DNA of 64,000 nucleotides from a virus: positions 32,001 to 96,000 of the IMG/VR virus record IMGVR_UViG_3300024346_009227. One strand, 5' to 3'. Both the position numbers and the translations under genes were made by a program. Shown here one piece after another: positions 41,801-47,152 of the stretch. How positions within the stretch are numbered: position 1 is the stretch's first letter; every line of letters begins with the position of its first letter. The notes under the pieces are model-generated. The model made no database searches, was not told where the DNA came from, and saw nothing but the letters and a program-made list of their open reading frames with translations.

Positions 41801-44703
41801 CCTCCAGCAATAGCACCAGCGGGTCCAGCCAAAATTCCTTTAGCATCTCTTTCTTGTCTTTCTGATTCTTCTATTGCAAGACTGTTACCTCTTTTTGGAG
41901 GTCTAGATGTATTAATGTCACCTGTGTCTGTCTCATTCATATTCCAATATCTTCTAAGTTCTTTCGCTCTTTCTTTTGCTTGATCTCTTCTGTCTTGTCT
42001 TTCTTGTAGTTTTTGTTGTGAGGCTTTTTTGGCAGCAACAAGCTTAAGAGATATAACAAAGTATCCCATCTGCCTAATCTTTTGACGCATTTCATCTTCT
42101 GTTGCAGCATCAACACTATCACGAACAATATTCCCTTTTGTATCTTTAGCAACAAACTTACCACTAGCAAACTTTTGTCTAACTACATCTCCACCATAAG
42201 CAAATTTTCTTTTTGCTTTAGCAGCTTTCTGTCTATCGGTATATGCAGAAGAAGCATTCATTGTTTTAGATAGTTCTTCTTTTTCTCTAAATTGACTAGC
42301 ATTTCTAACTGCTTCAAAACTATCAAATCTATTTGGTCTGGTGAATGTTTCTGGATTTGTACCTTTCCATTGACTTCTTGCTTCGTCTTTAGTTGGAGCA
42401 TCGCCAAAGATAGACCTAAACATTTGGTCTTCTGACTGAGCATTATTTTTTGGCGGTGGTGGAGGTGAATTTGCAGTCTTTGGTCCACTTTGTGATCTTG
42501 CTTTTTTAAGATCACTCCGATCTTTTAAACGCTGAAAGGCAGCATTTACTTGTGCCATATTTTCGGGCAGACCGCCCCTATCTGAATGATGAATTAAAGC
42601 TGCTCTTCTAAATGCACTTGTTAGTTCTGGACCTTGCGGTATATAACCTTTAGTAAATCCAAGTATTTCTTCTGGATAAAGACCTTTAGGAAATGGTTTT
42701 GATCTTGCTTCATTTCCTTCCATGAATCTTTGACGATAGATTGGTCCACCAAACGCTTTTTTAGTAGGATCTTTTCCACCTATAGCTGTATTTATATCTT
42801 CAGCCTGACCTTCAGTTGCTCTTTTTCCTGTTCCATTATATGCTATCGCTACTTTAGATCTTATTAGCAGACCAGCTAATTTATTATCAGTAAACATTGG
42901 TCTACCATATTTATCTTGACCTTTACCTTTAAATAAATTAGTTAGTTTATCTGAATCTTGATAATTAGAAGCAGCGTATTTTTCAGTTATAGCCTTTGCC
43001 TGTTGACCTTTTTCTCTTTCTTTTTTTGTTCCTTTATTTAATTCATAAGCATCAACACCTTCTAGCCTTGTGCTTGTTCTAAATCTTGCTCTTGTTGGAA
43101 CAACGCCTACATTTAAACTATCTCCATCAACTGTTTTGTTGTATTTTACACTGCTAACATCTCCACCCTTTAAATACTTGCTTCTTCTGACTTGATTTCT
43201 AGGTACAACCATCTCACCTGGCTCAAGCAAAGCTGGCACTTTATCTCCAGTGCCACTTCCTGGCACTATACCCCCTGTTCTCATCCTAAGAAAACCGCCA
43301 TCTGCTTTTTTATTTGTTCTTGCAGACGAACTATCTGCACCAGCACCCTTTACAAAACCTGTGGCAAAAGAGCCAATACTTTGACCAATTTTTACAGCAG
43401 CGAGAGCAGTAAATAATGGGAGTAAACCTTTAAGTGAATTGATTAATGACAAGACAGAAGTGGCAGCACCAATGAATGTATCAGCCAAACTTCTAAAGCC
43501 AGGGCTATTAACAATACTTCTACCAACCTCAAAAAAGCTTTCCTTCAACTTCTGTAGTTTTACAGCAAGAGCATCCTGTGCCTGACCAGCATTAACAGCC
43601 AAAGACACACTACCAGCTTGAGCTACCCCTAATGCCTTCTGTGCAGTAGCAAATTCTTGAATAAGTGGGATAACCTTACTGATCTGCCTATAACCACCTA
43701 ATTGCTCAACAATGGCACTAAATCGGGGGTCTGTTGATCTTAATTCTGAAAGTCCAGAGGACAACCTTTTAATTGCTTCATATGGTCCAACAAACTGCTG
43801 TTCTAAGCCAACATCTCCTAAAGCCCTAGCTTCATCTGCGGTATATCTAAGATTTATACCAATTTCTTTTAGAGCATTAGCCGTATCATTTCTTTGTATT
43901 CGTGTAAATATAGTTCTTAAGCCAGTACCAATACTTTCGGCACTTTCTCTTGTCGTTTGTCGTACTGATGTAAATAAGGCTATAAGCTCATTTAAATTAC
44001 CACCAGCAGCTTTAAAAGCACCCCCTGTCTTTCTAATCGCCTCAATAATATCTGATGCTTCAACAGCAAACTCACCCGCTACAGCATTAACAGAACCTAA
44101 AGCTGCACCAAGATCTCTTGCTTCAACTTTAAACTGCTTCATAATAGCAATAGCACCTTCAGTCGTATCTTTGAGGTTATCAAAGTTTGGTGCTAAAGCA
44201 GCTTGTGCCATTGCTTCTAAGGCATCTTTAGTTTCAGACAGAGTTAAGTTAGCTTGTTTTAAAACTACTGCTACGCCAATTAAATCTTTACTGGAAACAC
44301 CTAAATTTTTAGATAAGTTTGTTACTTGATCACCTACAGCAGCAACATCTTGTACTGTATCTGAAGAAACTTGTCTTAACCTAACCATTTCTCTATCAAA
44401 ATCTACGGCAGCAGAAACAGCTTGTTTCATTGTGTTAGTAAAAGCAATGATTGAACCAGCAGTAACAGCGAATGCAGCAAATCTTTTAGCAGCAAAGCCA
44501 GCTTGCCTACCAAAATTTTCTATAGAATTAGTAACTTCAGAAAGCTGAGTTTTTAATGGAGTAAGAGAAGCAAATGTTGCAGAATTTGTTCCTATTTTTA
44601 AACTGTTCACACTTCCTAATGTGCTATTTATTTGATTGGCTGCTGCTTTTAAAGCACCACTATTTACAGCAACATTCAAATTGGCAGTCAAATTAAAAGC
44701 CAT
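29878..44703 (-). CDS. Giant multi-domain tape measure protein (4941 aa)
   Basis: N-terminal TP901-type TMP domain (AVDFDREMVRLRQVS...ESAESIGTGLRTIFTRI), long Ala/Lys/Gln coiled-coil regions, seven D.VPA.L.PGE-type motifs, and position after the tail tube and chaperone genes. GAGGT SD. Confidence 0.92.
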   Translation of the reverse strand: MAFNLTANLNVAVNSGALKAAANQINSTLGSVNSLKIGTNSATFASLTPLKTQLSEVTNSIENFGRQAGFAAKRFAAFAVTAGSIIAFTNTMKQAVSAAVDFDREMVRLRQVSSDTVQDVAAVGDQVTNLSKNLGVSSKDLIGVAVVLKQANLTLSETKDALEAMAQAALAPNFDNLKDTTEGAIAIMKQFKVEARDLGAALGSVNAVAGEFAVEASDIIEAIRKTGGAFKAAGGNLNELIALFTSVRQTTRESAESIGTGLRTIFTRIQRNDTANALKEIGINLRYTADEARALGDVGLEQQFVGPYEAIKRLSSGLSELRSTDPRFSAIVEQLGGYRQISKVIPLIQEFATAQKALGVAQAGSVSLAVNAGQAQDALAVKLQKLKESFFEVGRSIVNSPGFRSLADTFIGAATSVLSLINSLKGLLPLFTALAAVKIGQSIGSFATGFVKGAGADSSSARTNKKADGGFLRMRTGGIVPGSGTGDKVPALLEPGEMVVPRNQVRRSKYLKGGDVSSVKYNKTVDGDSLNVGVVPTRARFRTSTRLEGVDAYELNKGTKKEREKGQQAKAITEKYAASNYQDSDKLTNLFKGKGQDKYGRPMFTDNKLAGLLIRSKVAIAYNGTGKRATEGQAEDINTAIGGKDPTKKAFGGPIYRQRFMEGNEARSKPFPKGLYPEEILGFTKGYIPQGPELTSAFRRAALIHHSDRGGLPENMAQVNAAFQRLKDRSDLKKARSQSGPKTANSPPPPPKNNAQSEDQMFRSIFGDAPTKDEARSQWKGTNPETFTRPNRFDSFEAVRNASQFREKEELSKTMNASSAYTDRQKAAKAKRKFAYGGDVVRQKFASGKFVAKDTKGNIVRDSVDAATEDEMRQKIRQMGYFVISLKLVAAKKASQQKLQERQDRRDQAKERAKELRRYWNMNETDTGDINTSRPPKRGNSLAIEESERQERDAKGILAGPAGAIAGGITGAVGGALLGGIPGAFIGGTLGFGAGAVGGMMYEKSRKSEDEKNKGLARFSYQDEQGKKGSIPARDKEEALRKLSLMNDGITPINTNIRRIAPERSWGEYLEQKRNDIFGIKKASIEETNRESRSRERKFSKSIGKGDAPPIMVRKPSKKTKESKKYSEDIYKPLPALALDPTLGKSVAITKEMMEERKKARGFASGGLVPGTGNSDTVPMDLDEGSFVIKKSSVNSIGIDNLANAHKFASGGKVPALLTPGEYVYSPSEAKKIGANKLHQMNSFAKFKKGGEVGNSIVSDTFLNSPNNLKKILLTLVDQIMESDPEISKKDAKAEATRIVSEIKVQNQTSNQAIGNVARADQDISAEKSNIGVFNTELKGFGKTLSTLGKEATSLAEALQKNTDAADASYTAELELRAKGTAIVAARDAKAAAGQDLTKENTRVGSAQTKVNELKDKKKDMEEARQAKIDAADQRIAAAEQAKITKEAQPVDLTQENKRVVSTKQKVDDLKQKKKDMQEAKQAKIDAASQRLAEAEEAKRLKSQQPVNLKSETAKVGNITGRISVLEARKKSKLDAGESVRVVNAQIAEAKRQRDVLTKQMADKTAAGPNTKKEQEEIDKAKDELAKASKPLKTKNIDTKIMRAEDALTQATTARDNKVPNTKKEQEEIDKAKAEKLEAEKPLKSKAIDAKITKAESALTTATNARDTKARTAVDTSKEDAQILKLNQDYQKLLNDRNTNAQNRVAIENSITAVGTKQLNVQNEILKTEQSIKDAEANIQKAETAKAAAKASGEKATRSFQVNAKGEIVNEKGRPIGQTKPITTPDSIKQISKQREKEYAKQNDGKAPRKSEREDIRSGIVNEYRAATEKQLRAKAQKEVKPVSELQIQSMTDQYTKQFAQGKRGAVFNKQGELTGDKSLGSKLIKGGDYKESGDLTFQGKVKDFGQRLVGSKRTDFEAGAEGERQFKQDRASGYANRITTAAVGGSLLASGMRAGAPEVSSLAKANEQGVVVEDKAQQEAYRSTLQFAGAIEKAGTYAATTATAFSALGPVGTLVGGALGAFVGLIKGYADGTKEAEAQIREVKLGAALTGLQGTFDKLNTGLRTFDDTIAESIAANQKIITEANAGKAFVEAGGEKNGFDRLISGITGGGFGGFDVKKFNELNSKSQKEAGAAQIVPLTNILNKQAEQLGSSAVRQAGGNAGTLDYKDFAASLDTKLTSGGGGFNNAQIQKIANARNVSFDDVKKEIVKVMKDSFKAAQLEKTQKEAVTVNQRSINSMALLSEAVVAAANSVESFSNRLSTNESFFSGGIGSTKVTGISNQFDQKSTPDFNSFNSAVSKLSDSLGTYGNEFKTQGNAINAASQALPSLLAGAIEDPVGGQDIAIQIASGLREALSAQGISGAGAERVVSSVAGNVSGQEYTKLLAEAGGDVSKVAEKLLGNIKDPFLNAAKDISQRLENASNQYISGLENLAQRQKQIGESFKNLEGAKLQRDKFTAETVATNAGLPSQAGNLISVDRQMQGFRTNQERLTGTKGAEAQDSRVIGDNLKRTQERIRELEPKVQNASGAEGGGAAFRGAASELVKLKSEASNLQESLKNLADQSNNLAILEGKLGQVRQERDNETQRGREFLTADPKERQKILRDRVQGQGLLKQAQAQGGNVSNFSSEQNKALFAFLDSFGPVGKDIADNIVRNTTGLGKKKPEEDMLVGKLAKVYDEQVKANQELIGNQRSLQTDYFSQLTKQNTTFYSNLDKFIAGMEKSQVQDEKNREVQKSARIKDVQEKSGFLREAGVTDENLKDVTANKGKISSLIKAREEKKEADKKYSNVGESLRGDEFKKSIGSSFSNKQGPEAAKEIAAKSDTLNEILSKIGLSGKESKSVQSEAIATVSEGGNIQDAITKAVQNVTQQTNKDAREKVSKSEQELGGSNSLGVKIANKAEDQGINAEKFESSLTAVSELNQGIGVKLTAAADAATANINRLSASISGLAAQQQGIAPVNANVNPAQAIGFAIGGQAFSPRGTDTVPAMLTPGEFVVNRSAAQQNLPLLKSINSGKTSYLAEGGEVLDKRIKASEEVMNIWNQVGPTNEQKTAAIKSNIKGKYDSLVKSSLSNVPSAIVKPEDREKTSLSILSEVISSLSSGQLSQNPNVKKTIEENGGFEALQDFGNIFSNFKQIQIKEGSSQEAKTTLNKEYESIKKEISDKGGLSTENLEKDKAKKVKEKLIPLMLNYGPDAVDDHTKAKFDNDATSDTTWRRTIGAGLQQVTSAFGLIRPLQRKVARVFDLDNYLRGHRAYKDARITGTFIDHFSDLTTNSIKEDDYPKLSKNVRGGLFTTFHNGDAQKSNAFSGSQGDFYDTYFWNGPEKQKALAWKSGGEKWKGIKNYGDKHTDTDVNLLEEESKKKIPTRKELIENYLKEKKIIDWNKKYNIPEKIESLDQFQINPDYFKNIGAESNKGIDADIDAKIPQYIATIANLKAQKKDIVSEKKQENIVANIANEEGTTPIDTQIRMAENEVLAARGNKELESKKKAELEILKLRRTSYNQIGLTSNEKLRNAYGQNRPEIDKSYVDSKAYLTQIKEGTGEKFVATDMGKEDELFLKRQGDAGRLAQIGLRREVQASAILGKMVKLKGIFAKNQGEELNKKEFAEIGKDPNQLIPLGLKEYNNLYSGQKGSLAKEDFDNPKLILPFQKEIVGSFFKQQASTRSLAISGKGLLDFIDQYSNIKDTKGFVDAKVKQAGPDAIPLVVRAIEEGKINALSVLNAAAANVGGISRKSLEGAIGRNKDFNLLDKLSEKQEGKAQKIVRPFSGIDFAEGEDGAYATIKAATGKGQVSMSAKNTALRIAAPYKSLSSTLSAATDVITTAFSNPMAALAKFAAVAPSINGNELADQAYTNDGLKQLAGDRPTLGSPNSSFTFPADGPGLFTTEDFLNLVSNSPGYATISSKAVVVEEDVDGKKQRKIDYKRNLDVANIENAKTREAMKNRLKQMKGETKAIAPEENKNVVKGEPNEFQAAIIKEQKEQSALAARLPRATKEQQLFEGQYGELSVESRLNRGEITREEAAAQIERQRQARKMSSGGMVSYLSSGGVPSHSPNPDPSFFKPKGTDTVPAMLTPGEFVINASATAKHGDLLSAINSGKDVGYSATGGIVYLEDGGQARKKAFYEKMNRQKKYEEDSRYLVDDKNKDKYTYMQDRKDDLESTSNRATQTFSRRQNQFLQNEDNSNNAATDMVFNAMGMTGLAKAGISAISKFAMKPSLETALHGAKHVGKDYLQEKVQHKGVDLFKSNTEKLLGYASGGLVSYLYDGGYLKRRANLGSYSGSEEETSLTVDQEGYIDNIGKATTSDITNRIAAKNQAENNAFQMFSNTRFNDGTGSLFDNTQAGFSTGSGGVSAQQALSFQDPTKPGGEGVTSAAMGMLGDVQSRMRGGNNPFGNISATGAEVNALKTAKANESGIQSNSDEFKKQIKEYLEEQKKQQEEESGSTYASLGGLIYAENGLTTLSPANPFATDEYLRAKLKKEAEEKKQRELQDDWARQQRSTLARNAIERQRANRFRSQLQVNQNPQQQSQQQKQQAALAALQSGPRPSNFAGKLPQQQAQQRPQNLQVAQPAFQSSNYAESFFNQAPQQQMQQQPQEQMPSGYRQMAAFAKKRQEQPQQPQRQKLSFLGMDLGSYSTGGNVDTIPAMLTPGEFVVNKQASSKNYSLLHAINSGKEVTGFRTGGSVGNIRGKKVDPIESGINELTGKLSGVGNKFVQSGDSFKSGANANKEGSQNILASSSRFNAGVGSFADSANKMSKRKGYNSGGLVNYFADGGFTPRGTDTVPAMLTPGEFVVNRESTSKNLNLLKHINGNTSYMSNGGVMYARRGAFVPNQQENATPAIDMTSVTQLADAINKLGTTFLKPFGEQIDTFKAYAEALQTQVNKIPSIINIEVMGNLNASLNIDFNPEGVYTAVTQATEELKGWIVTQIGKQLKNEMNS

Positions 44704-44714
44704 TTTTATACCTC

Positions 44715-44767
44715 AATAAAAAAGGGCAGAGCATAAGCGTAGTTACTTCTACGATTAAACCCTGCCC
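44715..44767 (-). terminator. Long imperfect hairpin plus U6 directly upstream of the TMP ribosome-binding site
   Basis: mRNA GGGCAGGGUUUAAUCGUAG-AAGUAA-CUACGCUUAUGCUCUGCCC-UUUUUU. Confidence 0.65.
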
Positions 44768-44787
44768 ATCTATGCGATACTGTCCGT

Positions 44788-45672
44788 TTAGTTCTTGACT
44801 TCTTCAGCAGGAACTTTAGCTGCTTCAACAACAATTTCTGGTGCTGCCGTTGTTTTGACAGTCTCAACCTTTTCTTGGATTGGTTTACCTTCGTCATCAA
44901 GGAACGGAGAGAATTCAACAACATAATCTCCTTCCTCATTAACTCGATTACCATGAATATCAATGAGTTCACCAGCCTCATTAATATACCTACCATCCTT
45001 ATTGACTAGCCTACCCTCAGAATCAACCCTTCGGCCTGTCTTATCAACTAAATGCAACTCTTCATCCACAAAGTTATATTTAGCTAAAAACTGGTTCTCA
45101 GGGAGCTTCTTTTCATAATCTGGATCAAGATTATAAAGCAACATAGCAAGACTTCCTGCTGCCTGTCCAGTTGCTGGATCGTCATCTCTATTTAAGTAAT
45201 CTTCATAATTACTAAAATATGTTTTCCCTGTCTCTGAATACACCGTACATGAACTAACCCAGTAATTGAATTGGGCATTATCTGCTTGACCTTCAGCAGT
45301 ATTATTATCTAGGGATGATCGCTCAGAGGTTAAAGCCCTAAGTTCCGCACGATCTTTCCTCATTTCAAGAGCTAAGTCCTTAGCCTGATTGAGTTTAATA
45401 CCGCCAGACTTAATCTTTCTTTCTGCCCCATTAATTTTTTCCAATAATTTACGATATTCAGCTTCTTTGTTATCATCCCAAAGATTCTGCTCTCGCATAA
45501 CATTATTGACTTTGCCACGAAGAATTGCACCAGATTCAACAGCATCTCGAAATGCCTTATTGTAAATCTTTTGCCCTTCTTGCCTCTGTTTAACATTAGG
45601 TCGAACAACACAAAGTTCAACTTCTTTGCTATCCAAGGTTACCTTAAACTGCTTCTTATTTGTGACACTCAT
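44788..45672 (-). CDS. Putative tail assembly chaperone
   Basis: Immediately upstream of the TMP. Helical, with C-terminal 7-aa [VI][DN]xxG repeats. Confidence 0.6.
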   Translation of the reverse strand: MSVTNKKQFKVTLDSKEVELCVVRPNVKQRQEGQKIYNKAFRDAVESGAILRGKVNNVMREQNLWDDNKEAEYRKLLEKINGAERKIKSGGIKLNQAKDLALEMRKDRAELRALTSERSSLDNNTAEGQADNAQFNYWVSSCTVYSETGKTYFSNYEDYLNRDDDPATGQAAGSLAMLLYNLDPDYEKKLPENQFLAKYNFVDEELHLVDKTGRRVDSEGRLVNKDGRYINEAGELIDIHGNRVNEEGDYVVEFSPFLDDEGKPIQEKVETVKTTAAPEIVVEAAKVPAEEVKN

Positions 45673-45674
45673 AA

Positions 45675-46040
45675 CTAATCCTCCTTTTGCTTAAGAATAT
45701 TCTGGTGTCTGTTCCAATAAACAATATACTGCATTATCTCATTTTCGCAAGATCTAATTTGATGATTACCATTGTTCAAAACATTTGTTCTACATAAATC
45801 CCATAGTTCCCTCCACTTTCTTTGTTTGTCAGTCAAATCCGCTTCACTTATCCCATATCCCCAAATCTCTCCGAAGTTTTGTTCAAAAGAAGAAAGAGCA
45901 CCAATAAACGATGTTCTTAGCTTAGTAGTTATAATTTTTTGCAGTCTTGCTTTTGATTCAGTCTCGTACTTTTTCCTGTTTCTATCTTCATCTTTTTTAG
46001 AAAAATTAGAAGCATCTTCCATTTGCGAATAGATATCCAT
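45675..46040 (-). CDS. Hypothetical protein in the tail chaperone region
   Basis: ORF with a GGAGGT SD upstream of ATG 46040. Confidence 0.7.
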   Translation of the reverse strand: MDIYSQMEDASNFSKKDEDRNRKKYETESKARLQKIITTKLRTSFIGALSSFEQNFGEIWGYGISEADLTDKQRKWRELWDLCRTNVLNNGNHQIRSCENEIMQYIVYWNRHQNILKQKED

Positions 46041-46041
46041 T

Positions 46042-47088
46042 TTAACTACCTCCAGCATTCATTTGCATTTGAATATCCCTTACGGAATCGGGCATATTTT
46101 CTTCTGCAAGAGTGCCATGTTTTTTTAGAGCTTGTGATCTTTCTTTCTTAATCATCCTTGCGGACATATCATTTAAAGATTCTATCTTTTTAGCATCTTC
46201 CATGCTTTCTGCAATTAAAAATATTTCTTTACTATTTCTTATTTTGTCATTTCTTATTAATCCATCTACTCCAGTTTCTACTCCTTTTTTAGTCCTTTTC
46301 CTTCTTTGCAAAATCAACCAACCATCAAGCATATCATCATCTTCTAAAACTTCTTCTACTGGAGATTCTGGATGCTCATATATATTATCATAAAGTGATG
46401 ACCAAATGATAATACTTTTTTGTTCTTCAGTTAAATCTACAGCAGGAACGCCAAACAAACTTGCTTCAGATTTTCTACATGACCATGTAGATCTCCAAGG
46501 ATCTGTTCTGGCTATTTCTCTAAAATTAGAATCGGATATTTTATTTTCAATAAATACTGAAGTGGCATCTTCTAGAAGTGGTTCTGTTTGCTTCCAAAAA
46601 TCATCGCCTTCCCAAACTCTAGTTCCATCTTCAAAAGACAATCCTTTTCCAACTAAATATCTCATTCTATCCATAGAGGCAATACCCTCACAAGATAAAT
46701 GATTATATGCACTCTTTTCTTTATACAGACTAGAGAATGTTTCCTTTGCTATTTTAAGCATTTTCCTAATTGTTTTTCTTTCTTCTGTTTTGAATGTAGC
46801 TTCAAATAGTCTTACTTTTAATTCTTCAATATCTTTTGGCATTTGAACGATTTGTTTTTCTTTTTCATCATCCCAAACATTATTGCTATACATAAAGAAT
46901 TCTAATTCTTGTTGATTGTATAGACCTTCTAATTCTGCTTCTTCAAATGATTCTATAAATATTTCTTGAGCGATGTGACGAGTGTGGCGATCTGGCTGTT
47001 TAAGCAAAAAAACTTTTCCGTTGATTTTACAACGAAAAAATCCAGTAATAATTCTGCTAATATATAATTCCTTCTTAAACTGATCCAT
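46042..47088 (-). CDS. Putative tail assembly chaperone / hypothetical protein
   Basis: 348-aa helical, acidic ORF between the tail tube gene and the TMP. Confidence 0.6.
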   Translation of the reverse strand: MDQFKKELYISRIITGFFRCKINGKVFLLKQPDRHTRHIAQEIFIESFEEAELEGLYNQQELEFFMYSNNVWDDEKEKQIVQMPKDIEELKVRLFEATFKTEERKTIRKMLKIAKETFSSLYKEKSAYNHLSCEGIASMDRMRYLVGKGLSFEDGTRVWEGDDFWKQTEPLLEDATSVFIENKISDSNFREIARTDPWRSTWSCRKSEASLFGVPAVDLTEEQKSIIIWSSLYDNIYEHPESPVEEVLEDDDMLDGWLILQRRKRTKKGVETGVDGLIRNDKIRNSKEIFLIAESMEDAKKIESLNDMSARMIKKERSQALKKHGTLAEENMPDSVRDIQMQMNAGGS

Positions 47089-47099
47089 CCTATGTTCCT

Positions 47100-47132
47100 A
47101 AAAATAAGGGGCAACAGGTTTCCCTGCTGCCC
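47100..47132 (-). terminator. Intrinsic terminator after the major tail protein gene
   Basis: GGGCAGCAGG-GAAA-CCUGUUGCCC (10-bp stem, GNRA loop) followed by CUUAUUUUU. Confidence 0.85.
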
Positions 47133-47152
47133 ACATATTTATAAATCAACCA

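Noticed and set aside
30825-44329. Antisense and alternative-frame ORFs inside the TMP gene
   Set aside because: They have no SD or recognisable motifs and are expected by chance opposite a long, codon-biased gene.
44706-44996. Alternative-frame ORF as a G/GT-type frameshift extension of the tail chaperone
   Set aside because: It extends only about 27 codons past the chaperone stop, runs through the hairpin, and I found no convincing X XXY YYZ slippery site near the end of the gene.
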